From: Paraspadella gotoi
Taxonomy: Eukaryota; Animalia; Chaetognatha
NCBI GenBank assembly: GCA_051294375.1
Contig: CM119266.1
Coordinates: 5,693,053-5,757,052, forward strand
Direction of reading: 5' to 3'
Length of the DNA stretch: 64,000 nucleotides
In this document: piece by piece, positions 1 to 13,507 of the stretch
Position numbering within the stretch: position 1 is the first letter of the stretch
Layout: every line of letters starts with the position of its first letter
Program-made: the position numbers and the translations under genes
The notes under the pieces: model-generated
What the model saw: only the letters and a program-made list of their open reading frames with translations
The model's database searches: none
What the model was told of the DNA's origin: nothing

Positions 1-717
1 AACGTGAGCGACCGCGCCTTCCTCCCTTTCTCCGCCCTCTCTCGCGTAGGCCTCCCGTGTGGGTCTCTCTCTCTCCGGACGTCGTTTCGTTTGTTTACTT
101 GATGGTCTTCGGGGTCAGAGGTCAAGTTTCGGCTCGGAACTCAGCACATTCCCTTTCGTCCGCGCGCAAACAAATACCGACAACCGACGAGGACGACGAC
201 AAAAACATTCGCTTCTCTTTGTACAACAGTTTTAACCACTACTGTTTGTTTTTGACTTGTTTTTTTTTTCTTCCTTTTTCTGCTCTCCCGGATTTCGGGG
301 CTCCAAATGAGTTTTTTCTTTCTTTCCATTTTTTCCAAAGATGGTCAGTTATTTTTGTATGAGACCGGAAAGGCATCTTCTGTCCTTGAGGATTTAACGA
401 GGGGCCCGAGTTATGGTTATCGCTTAATATACGTTTTGACCAACGAGAAACATAAATTCAAGTCGAAAATTGAAGTGTAATAAAACAGAGGACTCGCATT
501 GTAACGACGGAATAATTTAATCTGGCGATAATAACTATTAAAAAGTCAAAATCAGCACAATCGCTTGGTTGAACTCATTATCCGTGACTCGTGAAACAAT
601 TTGGGATTTTCTTCACAGTTTTAAGTTTCACAGTTTCGTTGCTCACGACAGATCTACAACGGGACCTCTTTATTTAATGGGAAGAGGGATCTCCATTCGC
701 CGTTCCGGAAGAATGAC

Positions 718-757
<40 letters not shown>

Positions 758-2892
758 GTGGAAAAGGGGGTTTTCTTTCTAACCCGCGGCTTCAGCGGAA
801 ATGACGCAAGCGAGAAAAGAGGGGGGGATCTATGGTGCCTCGTTATGGTGCCCTTGAGGGCTGATGAGGCCGAGATGTCGGTTCGCCTCATTGACGCTGT
901 TATTCTCGCACTAAATAAGATGGGATTGTGGACGACGGCTTTTTTTTTTGCAGACGACGTCGACGGAATGACCTTTTACGAGTCTGTCGGTCCGTCCGTC
1001 CGTCGTCGTTCCGTCCGTCGTCCGTCGGTCGAAGAACGAAATACGATTTCTTCTATGCGATTTTTACTTTTTGACATTTTCAGTTTACTGTTTTACGGAT
1101 TAAGTTTCTTTTGTGGTGATTAAAAGTTAAGATTGACACTGTTAATGTTTGTTTTTATTTAAACTTGCGGGTGGAATAATTATGGAATCGATTGTCTTAA
1201 CTTATATTATTATTATTATATTCATTTTAAACGAAAGTATTAGCTTTATTAAAATCTACTACAAATTAATTCAGTAGGAGCGGGGTTCAAAACTTTAGTC
1301 TTGAAGTCTAAGGTAAAAAAAGAATTTTTAAAAAAGTTCAATTTTAATGCCTTTGTTATTGCTATCAAAATTACAATATTACTATATAATGATAAAAAAT
1401 TTTTTGATGGATTTTGATAGAGCATAAAAAANNNNNNNNNNNNNNNNNNNNNNNNNTAGTAGATTTATAATAAAGCTAATACTTTCGTTTAAAATGAATA
1501 ATAATAATAATAATAATAAGTNNNNNNNNNNAAAATCCATCAAAAAATTGTTTATCATTATATAGTAATATTGTAATTTTGATAGCAATANNNNNNNNNN
1601 NNNNNNNNNNNNNNNTGTGTCGGCGTCACGGAAAAGAGGGAATGGGGGGGAAGAATTTGAGGAGGGAAAGGGGGAAAATAAAAGAAAGGGGAGGGAGAAA
1701 AATAAAAGGAAGGGGAAGGGGAGAAAATAAAGAAAGGGTAAGGGAGAAAATAAAAGAAAGGGGTAAGGGGAGAAAATAAAAGAAAGGGGTAAGGGAGAAA
1801 ATAAAAGAAAGGGTAAAGGGTTAAGTGGGAAAGGGAAGGAAATGGAAGCGGAAAAGGTAAGGAAATGTGAGAGAAAGGCCTAAGGATATGAAAGTAAAGT
1901 GAAGGGTGAAAGTTAGAGAAGGGAAGGAGGGAGAGAATTTTGGACAGAGGAGGCTGTGAAATATAAATGAAATAGAACCAGAAATAAATAGGAATCAGAT
2001 TTAAGAAAAAACGACAAAAAAGAAAATGGGAAGAAAGCAAAACTTACATTCAGTCTCGATTCAAACACTGTCCTTATTTCACAAAAAAATAAAAACCCGA
2101 TTTGATTGGAGCTAACAACGTTCCAGATCCAATCCAAACTAAAAGCCAAGCGTTATCGCCCTCGCACACTCGCTCGACGTAATCTTCATCGCCAGATTTC
2201 TTTTGGCCTCGAGATCGTCGTCGTCTGCGCCGATTCGCAATTTCTCTGCGCGGCAGATAGTCGAGACCCAATTTAATCTCTCGCACCAACGTGGCATCTC
2301 CCTGTCACAAACCCTGTCACAACATGCTCTCACACGTCAATCATAAAACGCGAAAAAAAAAGGCAAAACGAAAAATCGTTTCGTTTTGTCGCTGCGATGG
2401 GCAAAAGAAGATTGCGAGCGACGAGACATTTATTGAAGAACATCTAGCCTTCTACGTGCTAAATACTGTTGTTTTTAAGGGTTGTTTTATAATTAAATAT
2501 GGTTGGTTTTATAATAATATATCACTACTCAGTCTGCAATGATTTAAACGACGCATGACTCAAACAAAAAACATAATCCTGGGTCTAAAGAAAAACAAAA
2601 AAACAAAACAAAAAAAAACAAAAAACAATTGGCCGAGTTTCCGGATCCTTTGGTTTCCGTGTTAATCTTAAACGAAATCCTTGTTTCTTCGCGCAGAAAA
2701 CAACTTCTCCCTCTTTTCCTACCCCTCCCCCCGCCTCGCCCCCTCTACCGCTTCAGGAGCCACCGAGTTTGGAACGAGTTTCAAAGTAAACACACGCCAC
2801 CGCAAATGATGATTGGTCAACCGGCTGTTAACTCTCCCTGTCACAAGTTCCCGCGTTCAGCATTCGTCTCTGTCACGCACAAACCCCCTCTT

Positions 2893-2935
<43 letters not shown>

Positions 2936-4671
2936 GGCGTATGCTCTCGACTCGTCGTCCGCTCTATTGCGTTCCTGTCCACCCTGCCTCGTTCCTTGCG
3001 TCGCGTTTCGCCTGTCTCACGTTTATATCGTCCGTCTGCCCCCTATTATAACTTTTGCGCGGCCAACCTTCATCGTTTTACCCGTTTGCTAACTGTCTCC
3101 TTTTACATCCCACTGTTCCATCCTCATCTTCATCCTCCACCCTACTCCCCATACCTCCCTTCCTCCACACAAACACACACACAAACTCGCGCAGTGAGAA
3201 CGCGGTCTGCCTTTCGCCCTTTAATCCGCCGCACGCGCATCGCCGGCTCGTGACGCGCGCTCGGCCCATAAAAATCCTCCGCGCGAGAAAGAGTGAGAGA
3301 GAGAGACCCGAAGCTGGATGTCCTACTACTACGACGAGCTTAAAACCGTGCGGGGAGATGTGAAAGAGTGAGAGAGCGATAGAGAGCGAGAGAGTGTGAG
3401 AGACAAAGAATGTTTTGATCCTCCAAAGTAAACAGAGAGAGAAAGAGAAACGGAAAAAACGAAAAACTATATCGTACGTGGGTTTTCTCCTTTCTTGGCG
3501 CGGGGCCTGTTCTCTCCCCCTCGCTTTTCTGACAACAAGAGAACACAAAGGCAAAGAAATCTGCGAATATAAAACTAGGAAGAGATGAGAGAGATAAAGC
3601 GAGGGGTAACCGAACTCAGTAAGGTGGTTAAGAAATTTGAATTAAGCACCAGCTCGAACGAAAATTTAGACATTTTATAAAAAAATTGAATAGATACAAA
3701 ATTTTAATATTACTCTATACCCAATTACCCATATATGAATTTTTGAATATTTATTTATAAATAGGAAAAGCAAAAATTTTTTTAAAGATTTTTTTATTTT
3801 TAAGATCAGTTTCAGGTAGCTTGCAAAAGTGGTCTAGACAAGTATAATTCTTTTTTCAATATTTTGATCATAAGTGGGTGAAAAATATATAAACTTAATA
3901 ATCATCATCATCATCGCTAATTTTATTACTTTTTCTTAATTTTGACCAATATTGTTGTACCAATTTCATAAGAATTCTTGAAAGTTGTAGTTATATTTTT
4001 TATTTAATTTTTTATGCTCTATCAAAATCCATCAAAAAATTTTTTATCATTATATAGTAATATTGTAATTTTGATAGCAATAACAAAGGCATTAAAATTG
4101 AACTTTTTTAAAAATTCTTTTTTACCTTAGACTTCAAGACTAAAGTTTTGAACCCCCGCTCCTACTGAATTTAATTTCGTAGTAGATTTATAATAAAGCT
4201 AATACTTTCGTTTACAATGAATAATAATAATAAGTTAAGACAATCGATTCCATAATTATTCCACCCGCAAGTTTAAATAAGAAACAAACATTAACAGTGT
4301 CAATCTTAACTTTTAATCACCACAAAAGAAACTTAATCCGTAAAACAGTAAACTGAAAATGTCAAAAAGTAAAAATCGCATAGAAGAAATCGTATTTCGT
4401 TCTTCGACCGACGGACGAACGGACGGACGGACGGACGGACCGACAGACTCGTAAAAGGTCATTCCGTCGACGTCGTCTGCAAAAAAAAAAGCCGTCGTCC
4501 ACAATCCCATCTTATTTAGTGCGAGAATAACAGCGTCAATGAGGCGAACCGACATCTCGGCCTCATCAGCCCTCAAGGGCACCATAACGAGGCACCATAG
4601 ATCCCCCCCTCTTTTCTCGCTTGCGTCATTTCCGCTGAAGCCGCGGGTTAGAAAGAAAACCCCCTTTTCCA

Positions 4672-4724
<53 letters not shown>

Positions 4725-5452
4725 TCTCTCGCGTCATTCTTCCGGAACGGCGAATGGAGATCCCTCTTCCCATTAAATAAAGAGGTCCCGTTGTAGATCT
4801 GTCGTGAGCAACGAAACTGTGAAACTTAAAACTGTGAAGAAAATCCCAAATTGTTTCACGAGTCACGGATAATGAGTTCAACCAAGCGATTGTGCTGATT
4901 TTGACTTTTTAATAGTTATTATCGCCAGATTAAATTATTCCGTCGTTACAATGCGAGTCCTCTGTTTTATTACACTTCAATTTTCGACTTGAATTTATGT
5001 TTCCTCGTTGGTCAAAACGTATATTAAGCGATAACCATAACTCGGGCCCCTCGTTAAATCCTCAAGGACAGAAGATGCCTTTCCGGTCTCATACAAAAAT
5101 AACTGACCATCTTTGGAAAAAATGGAAAGAAAGAAAAAACTCATTTGGAGCCCCGAAATCCGGGAGAGCAGAAAAAGGAAGAAAAAAAAAACAAGTCAAA
5201 AACAAACAGTAGTGGTTAAAACTGTTGTACAAAGAGAAGCGAATGTTTTTGTCGTCGTCCTCGTCGGTTGTCGGTATTTGTTTGCGCGCGGACGAAAGGG
5301 AATGTGCTGAGTTCCGAGCCGAAACTTGACCTCTGACCCCGAAGACCATCAAGTAAACAAACGAAACGACGTCCGGAGAGAGAGAGACCCACACGGGAGG
5401 CCTACGCGAGAGAGGGGCGGAGAAAGGGAGGGAAGGCGCGGTCGCTCACGTT
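1..5452. repeat. Long inverted duplication, 1-1431 versus 4008-5452, with further fragments at 1457-1590 between N gaps
   Basis: Near-identical reverse complement, with mirrored ORFs 57..362+ and 5089..5394-. The left arm ends exactly at an N gap. Confidence 0.95.
1660..1870. repeat. Purine-rich ~25-nt minisatellite (gggtaagggagaaaataaaagaaa)n, about 6 degenerate units
   Basis: Recurrent aaaataaaagaaagggg.aaggg. Confidence 0.85.
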
Positions 5453-5486
5453 CTGGCAAAACCGAGTCGACGACGCGAGGAAGATT

Positions 5487-5575
5487 GACGCCATTTTTGT
5501 TACGAATCGAAGCCATCTTTGGGTTTAAAATAGACGCCATCTTTTGTTTAAAATAGACGCCATCTTTGGTTTAAA
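5487..5575 (-). promoter_or_regulatory. Four tandem GCCATNTT (YY1/Pho-type) motifs at ~23-nt spacing beside a CpG-rich tract; candidate promoter
   Basis: GCCATTTT at 5490 and GCCATCTT at 5512, 5536 and 5559. Confidence 0.45.
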
Positions 5576-6455
5576 GCATGCACCAACTGTTTTAACTCGC
5601 GTCATTTAAATTTTCTTTTCACTTTCCCTCTTTATGTCTAACAAACTAACAACGGTTTCTCTTTAACCAGAGTTGCAAAATTATAAAGATGGAATTGGAA
5701 TCTTCAATCGGGAAGGTTAATGTAATTTTCTTCAATGAAATTTAACCTTTAAATGAAAAGGAAAAAAAATCAACGGCATCATCTAGACAACGAAAAACAA
5801 AACCGCCCAGCCTCGTTTTCGATATATTTTGGTTTTGAGATTTCAAACTCAAATCTCAAATCTCAAATTTCGTCACCAAGCGACGACGGAAACAACAACA
5901 ACCGGCGAAATTTCTCCCAAAAAATTTGTCGCCTGAAAAAAAAAATCTCCCGGGGAAATTTTCTTTATTCGAATCGAAAAAAAACAAACCAAAAAACATC
6001 GACGAAGAAGGAAAAACAGAAAAATAAACTGTTGCGGCGAAGACGATCCCTGTTTTGTTTTGTTGTTTTTGCGTAAGGTGTTCGGGGATTTTCGATCCTC
6101 GAGACGATGAAACGAGAACCATTGGGCCAGGGAGAGAATGAGACAAAGACAGGCTGGGACGTAAAAGACAAACACAAGCCTAAAGCTTGAATCAAATCCG
6201 AGACCAGGTAAAGCAGTTATGAAAAATGACAAAGGACAATGGACCAGCATTTACATCCCTGGCGAGAAGACGATGATAATAAAAGAAAATAGATCAAAAT
6301 TACAAAAGAATCGAGAGATAGAGAGAGAGACAGACTGAGTACGAGATTTAAAGAAAAAAAGAAAAGACCGACAGCGAAAAAGGTAAGACAGAGAGTGAGA
6401 AAAATGAAAGGACGTGACACTGAAAAAGTGAGGATCCGGGTCCGTGAAGCCTCAC

Positions 6456-6492
6456 CGATAGACGCCGTCAAGACAATGGAATGTCCCGGCAG
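6456..6492 (-). CDS. Candidate 37-nt exon, frame undetermined (LPGHSIVLTASI or AAGTFHCLDGVYR)
   Basis: ccctttcctgCAG acceptor and TCG|GTGAGG donor. Confidence 0.3.
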
Positions 6493-7045
6493 CTGCAGGA
6501 AAGGGAAGCTAGCTTGGTAAGTAGTCATTTATAAAGGACTCTGTGACACAAAGGTGGGAATCAATTCGGACTTCGGTACTCTCAGTACTACAAAAATTTA
6601 AAAAGTTTGAATGTAGCGAATAAGGTGAGTTTATCTCTCTCTCTCTATTTTATCCCTTTTATTGACCTTAAAGTAAAGAGATTTGAAAATACGTTTCGTT
6701 AATTTTAAGCAACACCGGCAGTGAAGCAACCCTTCACCCTCGATAACGAATAACCCATCCCCGGCCGTCGATTCAGCCCCTCGATCCCGCCCTCTCTCAG
6801 CAGCCGCGGTGGCGCAAAAAAGACTCGGGCCTTCGTCTCCGGCAGCCGCGGTGGCAAAAAATAAAAGGGCGTCTGGTTCTTCGGGAGAAGAGACATTTTT
6901 CGGCGGGCGAAAACCAAAGGAGAGAATTGGAGCGAGGAGAGTTTTTTTTGTTGGTTTGAGGATCAACACCAGATAACAACATTCGAAAAGAGACACGAAG
7001 TAAGCTTACCTTAAACCCGTCTTTCTTTTTCTGTTGTGTGTCTGC

Positions 7046-7089
<44 letters not shown>

Positions 7090-7444
7090 CGAGAGACTTC
7101 GGCAGACGTTAATTTCTTTTCCTCTTTTTAGTTAACAAAACATAAACAAAGATCGAATTTGTAATTTTCCTACCGTTTAACATTTCCTTAAAGTATTATT
7201 TTATCCGTACTCTAATTTATCAAAACTTTATATTTTAACGATCTGAAGATTCCCCCCCCCATTTTTTCCCCCTTTCTGACAGGGTTCAGACCGAAAACGT
7301 GTTTTTCGATCGGAGAAAGAGATTTTCGATCGGCGAATCTCGTTAAGGCGGCGCGATTTGAATATTCGCGCCGCCAGAGCTCGTCATTCATCGCGTCTTA
7401 AATGCCGGGGATATAGACGACCTTAACACCGTCCGTCCCACACA

Positions 7445-7446
<2 letters not shown>

Positions 7447-7513
<67 letters not shown>
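7447..7513. repeat. (GA)n microsatellite; one example of dozens of GA/CT arrays (e.g. 721-753, 7047-7087, 14078-14160, 34527-34588, 37023-37089)
   Basis: Direct observation. Confidence 0.97.
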
Positions 7514-7697
7514 TGTTTATACAGGATGTTCGAAAACTAAACACACCTCGCGTCCCACACAACGATTATCTTTGAAAAAGAAAATGTTCAAAAGAGAAAA
7601 AAAAAGATTCGTAGTTTTTTTCTTTTGTACGAGAGAGAAAGAGAGAGATTTTGAAAAGAGTTTTTGAGGCGGATTAGTTGAAATGATTTATTCTCAC

Positions 7698-7807
7698 CGC
7701 GGATCGTCTTCGGCTTCTTCTGCTGTGGTCCTGTGAATCCTGTGATGGATCTTGTGAGGCGGCGGCGACTGCGGCGGCCGACGGCGAATGTGATGGATGG
7801 AAAATGT
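7698..7807 (-). CDS. Candidate exon (D)IFHPSHSPSAAAVAAASQDPSQDSQDHSRRSRRRSA, 110 nt
   Basis: Strong ttcgtttcAG acceptor and GCG|GTGAGA donor. Phase-compatible with the 8132-8356 exon, but another frame is also open. Confidence 0.5.
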
Positions 7808-8131
7808 CTGAAACGAAGAAATCGAAAAAAATGAGAAATTAAAAAAATTCGGGATAAAAGGAGATATTAAAAAAAATGGAAAAGGAAGATATTAAATGTG
7901 GATTAAAGAAATTCGGCGACAGAGAAGAGAGAAGAGAGAGAGAGAAATCGTTTCCAGGTGCTCGGTTTTGAGCTTTGAAAAGGAAGAATGTATTCTTATC
8001 GTGATTTAAACATTAAACAAACTGGTTAAGGCAGGCATTAAAGAGAGTAACAGATAGAGAGCCAAACTGAAGTAACACCGACAAAATAGCAGGGACAAAA
8101 AAACAAAATCATCATATTCGACCAAGATCAC

Positions 8132-8356
8132 CTGTAAATCTGACCCCGTCACCGCCTCCGACTTCGTTCTGCCCGACCGCGTGCCCGTCCGCGTGCCCGC
8201 TCGCCCGCTCCGCTCCCTCTTCGCTCTCCGTGGCGTGGTTGAGAAAGTGAGCTAGAAAATGATCTCTCGTTCGTTTGACTCGAGCTGAGAATGAGGCCGA
8301 GTGGAGTCCGCCTCTGTACAGGAAAGACTCTTCGTCGTCGAAGGAAACGGACCCGC
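8132..8356 (-). CDS. Candidate exon of an unidentified gene: (G)GSVSFDDEESFLYRGGLHSASFSARVKRTRDHFLAHF...GDGVRFT, 225 nt, phase 1-1
   Basis: gtacAG acceptor, CAG|GTGATC donor, GC-rich open frame with protein-like composition and an RVKR motif. No recognisable domain. Confidence 0.45.
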
Positions 8357-9091
8357 CTGTACAAATCCGATGGAAGACGGATGTAATTTTAAAAAGGGAC
8401 AACTGGTCGTTTTTACTGTACGATATAAAATTGTGGATTCGAGAGGAACCGGGGGGGTAAATTGTAGGATGCGAAATGGGTCTAGTGGTCCAGATGGATC
8501 GCGGTGTGTTGAAAAGCGTTTAAGGGAAGGATAAACCGAATCACCAGAAAAATAGGAAGGTGAAGAGAGACTCGGGAGAGAGGATATAACTTCTTTTACC
8601 ACAACTAGGGCTTCTAATCATTATTTTCTTTCTAAACTAAATAGCGGATTCGCAAACACATGTTTAAAGTCCGTATCCCCCATTATTCTTCCGAGAGAAA
8701 AACGATGGTTAACAACTTTTCAAGGCGTGATTTTTTTTTTACTTTTAAACATACACGATGTGTACCGACTTTTAATGTTTCTTTTTTTTTTTAACGCTTT
8801 TAAAATTATTAGGATCGATCGCTCATCCGAACTGAAGGAAATAGCTCGAGAGGAAAAAAAGAGGCAGGAGTTAAACTTTTAATACACCGCGTAATTAATA
8901 GTTTTAAACTATGTTTTTCTGGGATATTTTTTAACCAATTTTTTTTAAATAAATTTATTTATTTTTTTTTTTGGGGGGGGGGCTAAGAAAAGAATTTCAA
9001 AGGGAGACACGTCGCGTCAAATTTTAAAAAAAGTTTAGGAAATGAATTCAATCAGCGACGAGAGTTTAATGGTTCGCATTTCGAGGTAATT

Positions 9092-9340
9092 AAAGAGGAA
9101 AGCAATTCCCCCTCCCCGCCCTTAACGCAAAATGGACGGGAAAGTTATTCCCCCTCCCTGCCCTTAATGCCCAAAGAAGGGAAAAGCCATTATCCTCTCC
9201 TCGCCCTTAATGTTCTAAGAAGTAAAAATCAATTGCTCTACCTGGTCCTTAATGCCCCTAATACCCCGCCCAGCTTTTATGCAATATGCATTATGCACTT
9301 GGTAAAGAAAAGGCAATTCTCCCTTTCAAGTTTTAATGCC
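9092..9340. repeat. Degenerate ~42-nt tandem repeat (gaaaagcaattcccctccccgcccttaatgc), 4-5 units
   Basis: The motif ccttaa recurs near 9120, 9162, 9205 and 9247, each preceded by aaag..attc.cctc. Confidence 0.75.
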
Positions 9341-10584
9341 AAGTCAAATTTTTCCCCGTGATATGAAGAGACTAAAGGGCGTTTGACCCCTTTATAACAT
9401 ACTTTCACTTTAGTCACCTACCTTTATTTTTCCCCCCATCATTCAGTCAGTTTAATCCAAAACTTCTCCACCCCACCCAAACTCTTTCCAACCAATTTTT
9501 GCAAAAAGTTACCCCCCTTATTCGCCCCACTCCCTCCCATCAATACCCAAGGGGAGAAAATGAGAAAATATGGAATCCTCACGCTCAGTCTTCACTTTTC
9601 TTGAAAAAATGAGGAAAAAAATAGGCAGGAGAAATGAAGCTGACGTGGAGGTTGAAGAGAAAGAAAAAAAAAGAAAGAAAAGATGGCAAAAAAGGAAAAA
9701 AATTAAAGAGGAAAGAAAGGCGCTAAAATTTGGAGGGAAAAAAAGAAGTTAAAATCGCTCTTTCAATTGGAGAAAATGACGCTTTAAAGGTTTATTAGGT
9801 TTCGCGAGGAAATTTAAACTTTCTTTTGTGGTTTGAGAGGGTTTTGCGGTTAGTGAATTACGCTTGAGATTTTAGGATTTTTAAAGGGAAGCGTTTTAAT
9901 TATGCCAAGGTCTGACCACTGTGTCAGGATTGTAAAACAAGCAAAATTTCCTATTTTTACACCATTTTACAGATTTGAAAAAAAAGCAACATTGCAAGTT
10001 AGAATAAAGGTGCTCAGTCTTTGACATGAGTTCCAACGGAGTTAATTTTTTTTTAAAAATGCCTTTTAAATTCTACTTTTTAAAATATCATTTGTTAATT
10101 AGGCTAATTTATTAATTTAAAACAAATAATTAAAAGTTTATGGCACGTCCAATCATTAAAAGGCATTTCCTTCACCAGCGCTAATTAATTCCGGTTATCA
10201 ATCACCAACGACACAGAAGAGGGAAAAAACAACTTACTAATATTTCCGATGACGTAGTAGAAAAACTAAAAAAGACTATAAATCGTGTGAGAGCGAGTGG
10301 GAGAGAGAGACTCAAAAGGCTGCCTGTCGGGTCTCAACACATTATCCACATAATTCTCTAAAAATGTTTTCTTTTTGCGTAGTTGTGGAAATAGGGGGAG
10401 GAATAAGGAGTAAGGAATAAGAAAGGTAATAATTAAAACAGAAAACTGATATGAAAATAAATAGTGATAAAAACGCATGGACAAAAATGGGGAGACTGAA
10501 AAGTAATCAAAAATCGTTCAAGGACGAACGCGCAGTAAAATTAAATAGGGTTTGGAAAGGGAGAAAAGTTTTAAAGAAACTTAC

Positions 10585-10594
10585 CAACATGATC
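10585..10594 (-). CDS. Candidate 10-nt microexon GATCATGTTG (DHV+G)
   Basis: tgttAG|10 nt|GTAAGT. Phase 0-1 would bridge exon 13466-13507 and exon 8132-8356. The pyrimidine tract is weak. Confidence 0.3.
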
Positions 10595-11623
10595 CTAACA
10601 TGGTAAAATAGTGGGTACGTAGACTTCAGGCGTACATACGTACGTATGTACATAAATTAAAGAAATGAAAATGGATGAAATTGTAGGAATAAAGTAATAA
10701 GTGTTGTGGTAAGAGTGAGAGAGTTGTGTAGAAGCATCAACTAATCAACAAGAGAATCCGGGGGTGGGGGATTTTTTAAAAAAGGAAAGAAGTCGAGAAG
10801 GCAATAATGAAGGCGGAAACGACTCGAGTCCTACTGTCTTGTTTGGCGAAAACAAATGATCCTTTGTTACTGGATGCCTCGAGCAATTCGTCAAACGAGT
10901 TGGCGAAGAGTAACAGAGGGCGCCAAAACTAATTTGGAGAAAAAGAGGGCGGAACCGGGGTGGGAGGGGGCACCTAAAAAGGGCGCATGAAAATGGAGGG
11001 GCGTGGAAACGTTTCCGTGAAAATTGGCAAACTCGCCCGGTTATATTCTTTTGGTTAATAAAAGAAAAAGAATTAATTTAAGCGTCGTGTAGATAAAATT
11101 GAGCATAGTTATTATCCAACGCGACTGTCGAAAACAAAACAAATTCGAACAAACTTCCGGGCGACAATTATTACCTCTTTTTCCGCTCAAGCAAGAAGTG
11201 TATCTCTCCCTCTGTCTCTCTCTCTCTCTCCCTCTTACAAATGAGGGGCCAAAGCGATGTGCATAGACCGAAGCAACACGCTTCATCAATCAACTCGGAA
11301 CGAGGAAGGGGGAAGGGGGAGGGAAGGAGAGAGAGAGACACCCAGAGTAGGGAGCACTATCTCTCCCCAGGACCTCATTAAGCCTCCCTGTCTGCTTTCC
11401 CCCTCTCACTTTCTCTCCCCTATTTTTATTACATCCTGGAAGAGAGGAGGGGGCGTCTTAAAAACATTAAAAAAAATAGAATATAAAAAAATTCTCTTTC
11501 TCTTCCCCCCGCCAACAAAAGTTACAAAAATCGTTCTGGTGATGTATGAGCCCCAGAGAGAACGAATGTTTCAATCATGTTCTGACAGTCAAAGCGGCGA
11601 TCAATCATCTCCAGAATCAGGCC

Positions 11624-11669
<46 letters not shown>

Positions 11670-11948
11670 AGAGAGAGAGAGTTCTTCCCCAAATCCCAAA
11701 TCCACTTTTTGTCGAGCTAAGAAGAAAAAAGATGAGGATGGGATGATATTAATTCGAATTGGGTAGCGAAGGGGACTGATGTGGAGGAAAATGAAAAAAG
11801 ATTAAATCAGAATTAATACTTAATTATTGATACTACATGAGCGAAAAAAAGATGAGAAATTAACAGGGGTTACGAATGAATCCTAGTTTTGGTGGCAGAT
11901 CAAATGTTTTAAAGGAAAACGCCCCCCCCAAAAAAAACTTGATTGAAA

Positions 11949-12054
11949 GCTTGCAGAAACCTGCTATGTTATTATCTTGTAAGTGTGATGGAGGCCTTAA
12001 ACCACCAAAGCCTGTCCAAAGTCAGGGACAAGATAGCTTATTTATTAAATGAAT
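11949..12054 (+). repeat. Short dispersed repeat (~95 nt); second diverged copy at 20372-20462
   Basis: Both read gcttgcag..tcttgta.g.gtgatg.aggccttaa.cca.ca.agcctgtcc.aagt.aggg.c.agatagctta.tt.ttaaatgaat. Confidence 0.8.
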
Positions 12055-13465
12055 GGATAATTTTTATATTGGTTGTACCAATTTCATAGAAACATAAAAC
12101 TTATTTGAACAGAGAAACCAAAATCAACAATACAAAGGATAATGAGCTCGATAAAGATGATGACGCCGAAAACAGATTTACAATGGAACATCGATTGTAA
12201 AGAAAAGATCAGAGGAGCCGATTTGAAAAGGCGCCTCTTTTGACGACGGCGAAGGCGCCCGCCGCACGCGCCTCTCTGGGGAAATGGCGACGCGATGGGA
12301 ACGCAAAGCGAGAGAGAGAGAGGGAGAGAGACGCGGCAAGGTTCTCATCCTTACTGACGCTAACAAGATAATTGCTAATGCACTCTTTCTCTCTCTCTCT
12401 TTCTCTCTCTGTCAAAGCAGATCTTTGAAATGGGAAGAGGTTTGATGGAATCTTTACCGCGCGACTAAGTGCGAGATAAACCGGTTAAGGCCGGACGTCG
12501 CTGGATGCCGACGCCGGATGCCGACAGCCCATGCCGACGTCAGAGCGAGTTAAGTCTCGCTTAGACTAGATTCCGTGGATTAACTCGGTTTAATTGTGGA
12601 TGAGTAATTTAAAAGGATTTACATGTAAGCACATATATATATGAATTATTTTTTTAATACTAAAATATAAAAATTCTAGGGCATGGTACATTAAAACAAC
12701 GCGAAAAACATATTAGGATCATCCATAGGCCACTATCCAACTCGGTTACAATCCAAACCCGCCGCATTTCAAGATAATAATCAACCGTGAATCTCAAAAG
12801 ACCCCCGACTCTCTCGAAATGTCACCGACTTTTCCTCACTCCCCTCTCCACTACTTTCACATCCGCCACCGACAATCACAACAGAATCACGGCCGGAGTT
12901 GAAAATTAGATTTTCCCGTCGATTTATAAAAACAGAAAAGGATCACCGATCGCTTCTCTCTCCATTTATAAATCCAAGAGACAAAAGAAGATTTTCTCTC
13001 CGCTAAATCCATTACGCTAGGGGGGTGTGGAAGGGGGGAGGGCGATGGAAGAGAATCGAATTACGGCGTCGCATAAAAGCGGCGCGGGAAACGCCGCCTC
13101 GACGCGCGAAAGGAAAGCGGCGGCGACGCGGCCGGCGACGCAGTCAAGGATTTCCTCCTCGTAATTTAATTCGAAGGGAAATGATTACGAAGGTTGAAGG
13201 GGGGCGGTGAGGGGGGGACGGAGAGAGGAGGAGAATCTTGAAACAACAAGACGCGCGATTTTGAGACGCGAAGGAGAAGAAGAAAAAGTTTTCAGGAAAC
13301 ATTGCAACATTTCCTAAAAACTAACGTTCCAACTTTTACAATGCTCCCAGTACACAATATCAGTGCATCATAAGGCCCGCGTCTTTAGACCCGCGAAAAG
13401 AAACCCTCAACAACACAGGGAGTCCTCCAATAAGCACAACCAATCTTTCATCCCTTCAGACTTAC

Positions 13466-13507
13466 AAATGTCCAAAATACGCTGGTATTCACTACAAAGG
13501 CGCCCAT
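13466..13507 (-). CDS. Candidate first coding segment MGAFVVNTSVFWTF
   Basis: ATG at 13505-13507, with a phase-0 TTT|GTAAGT donor at 13464-13465 and a possible acceptor at 13540-13541. Confidence 0.3.

Noticed and set aside
569-1123. 184-aa ORF repeated at 4313-4711 (-), and likewise 57-362 / 5089-5394
   Set aside because: The apparent conservation is only the inverted duplication. No recognisable protein.
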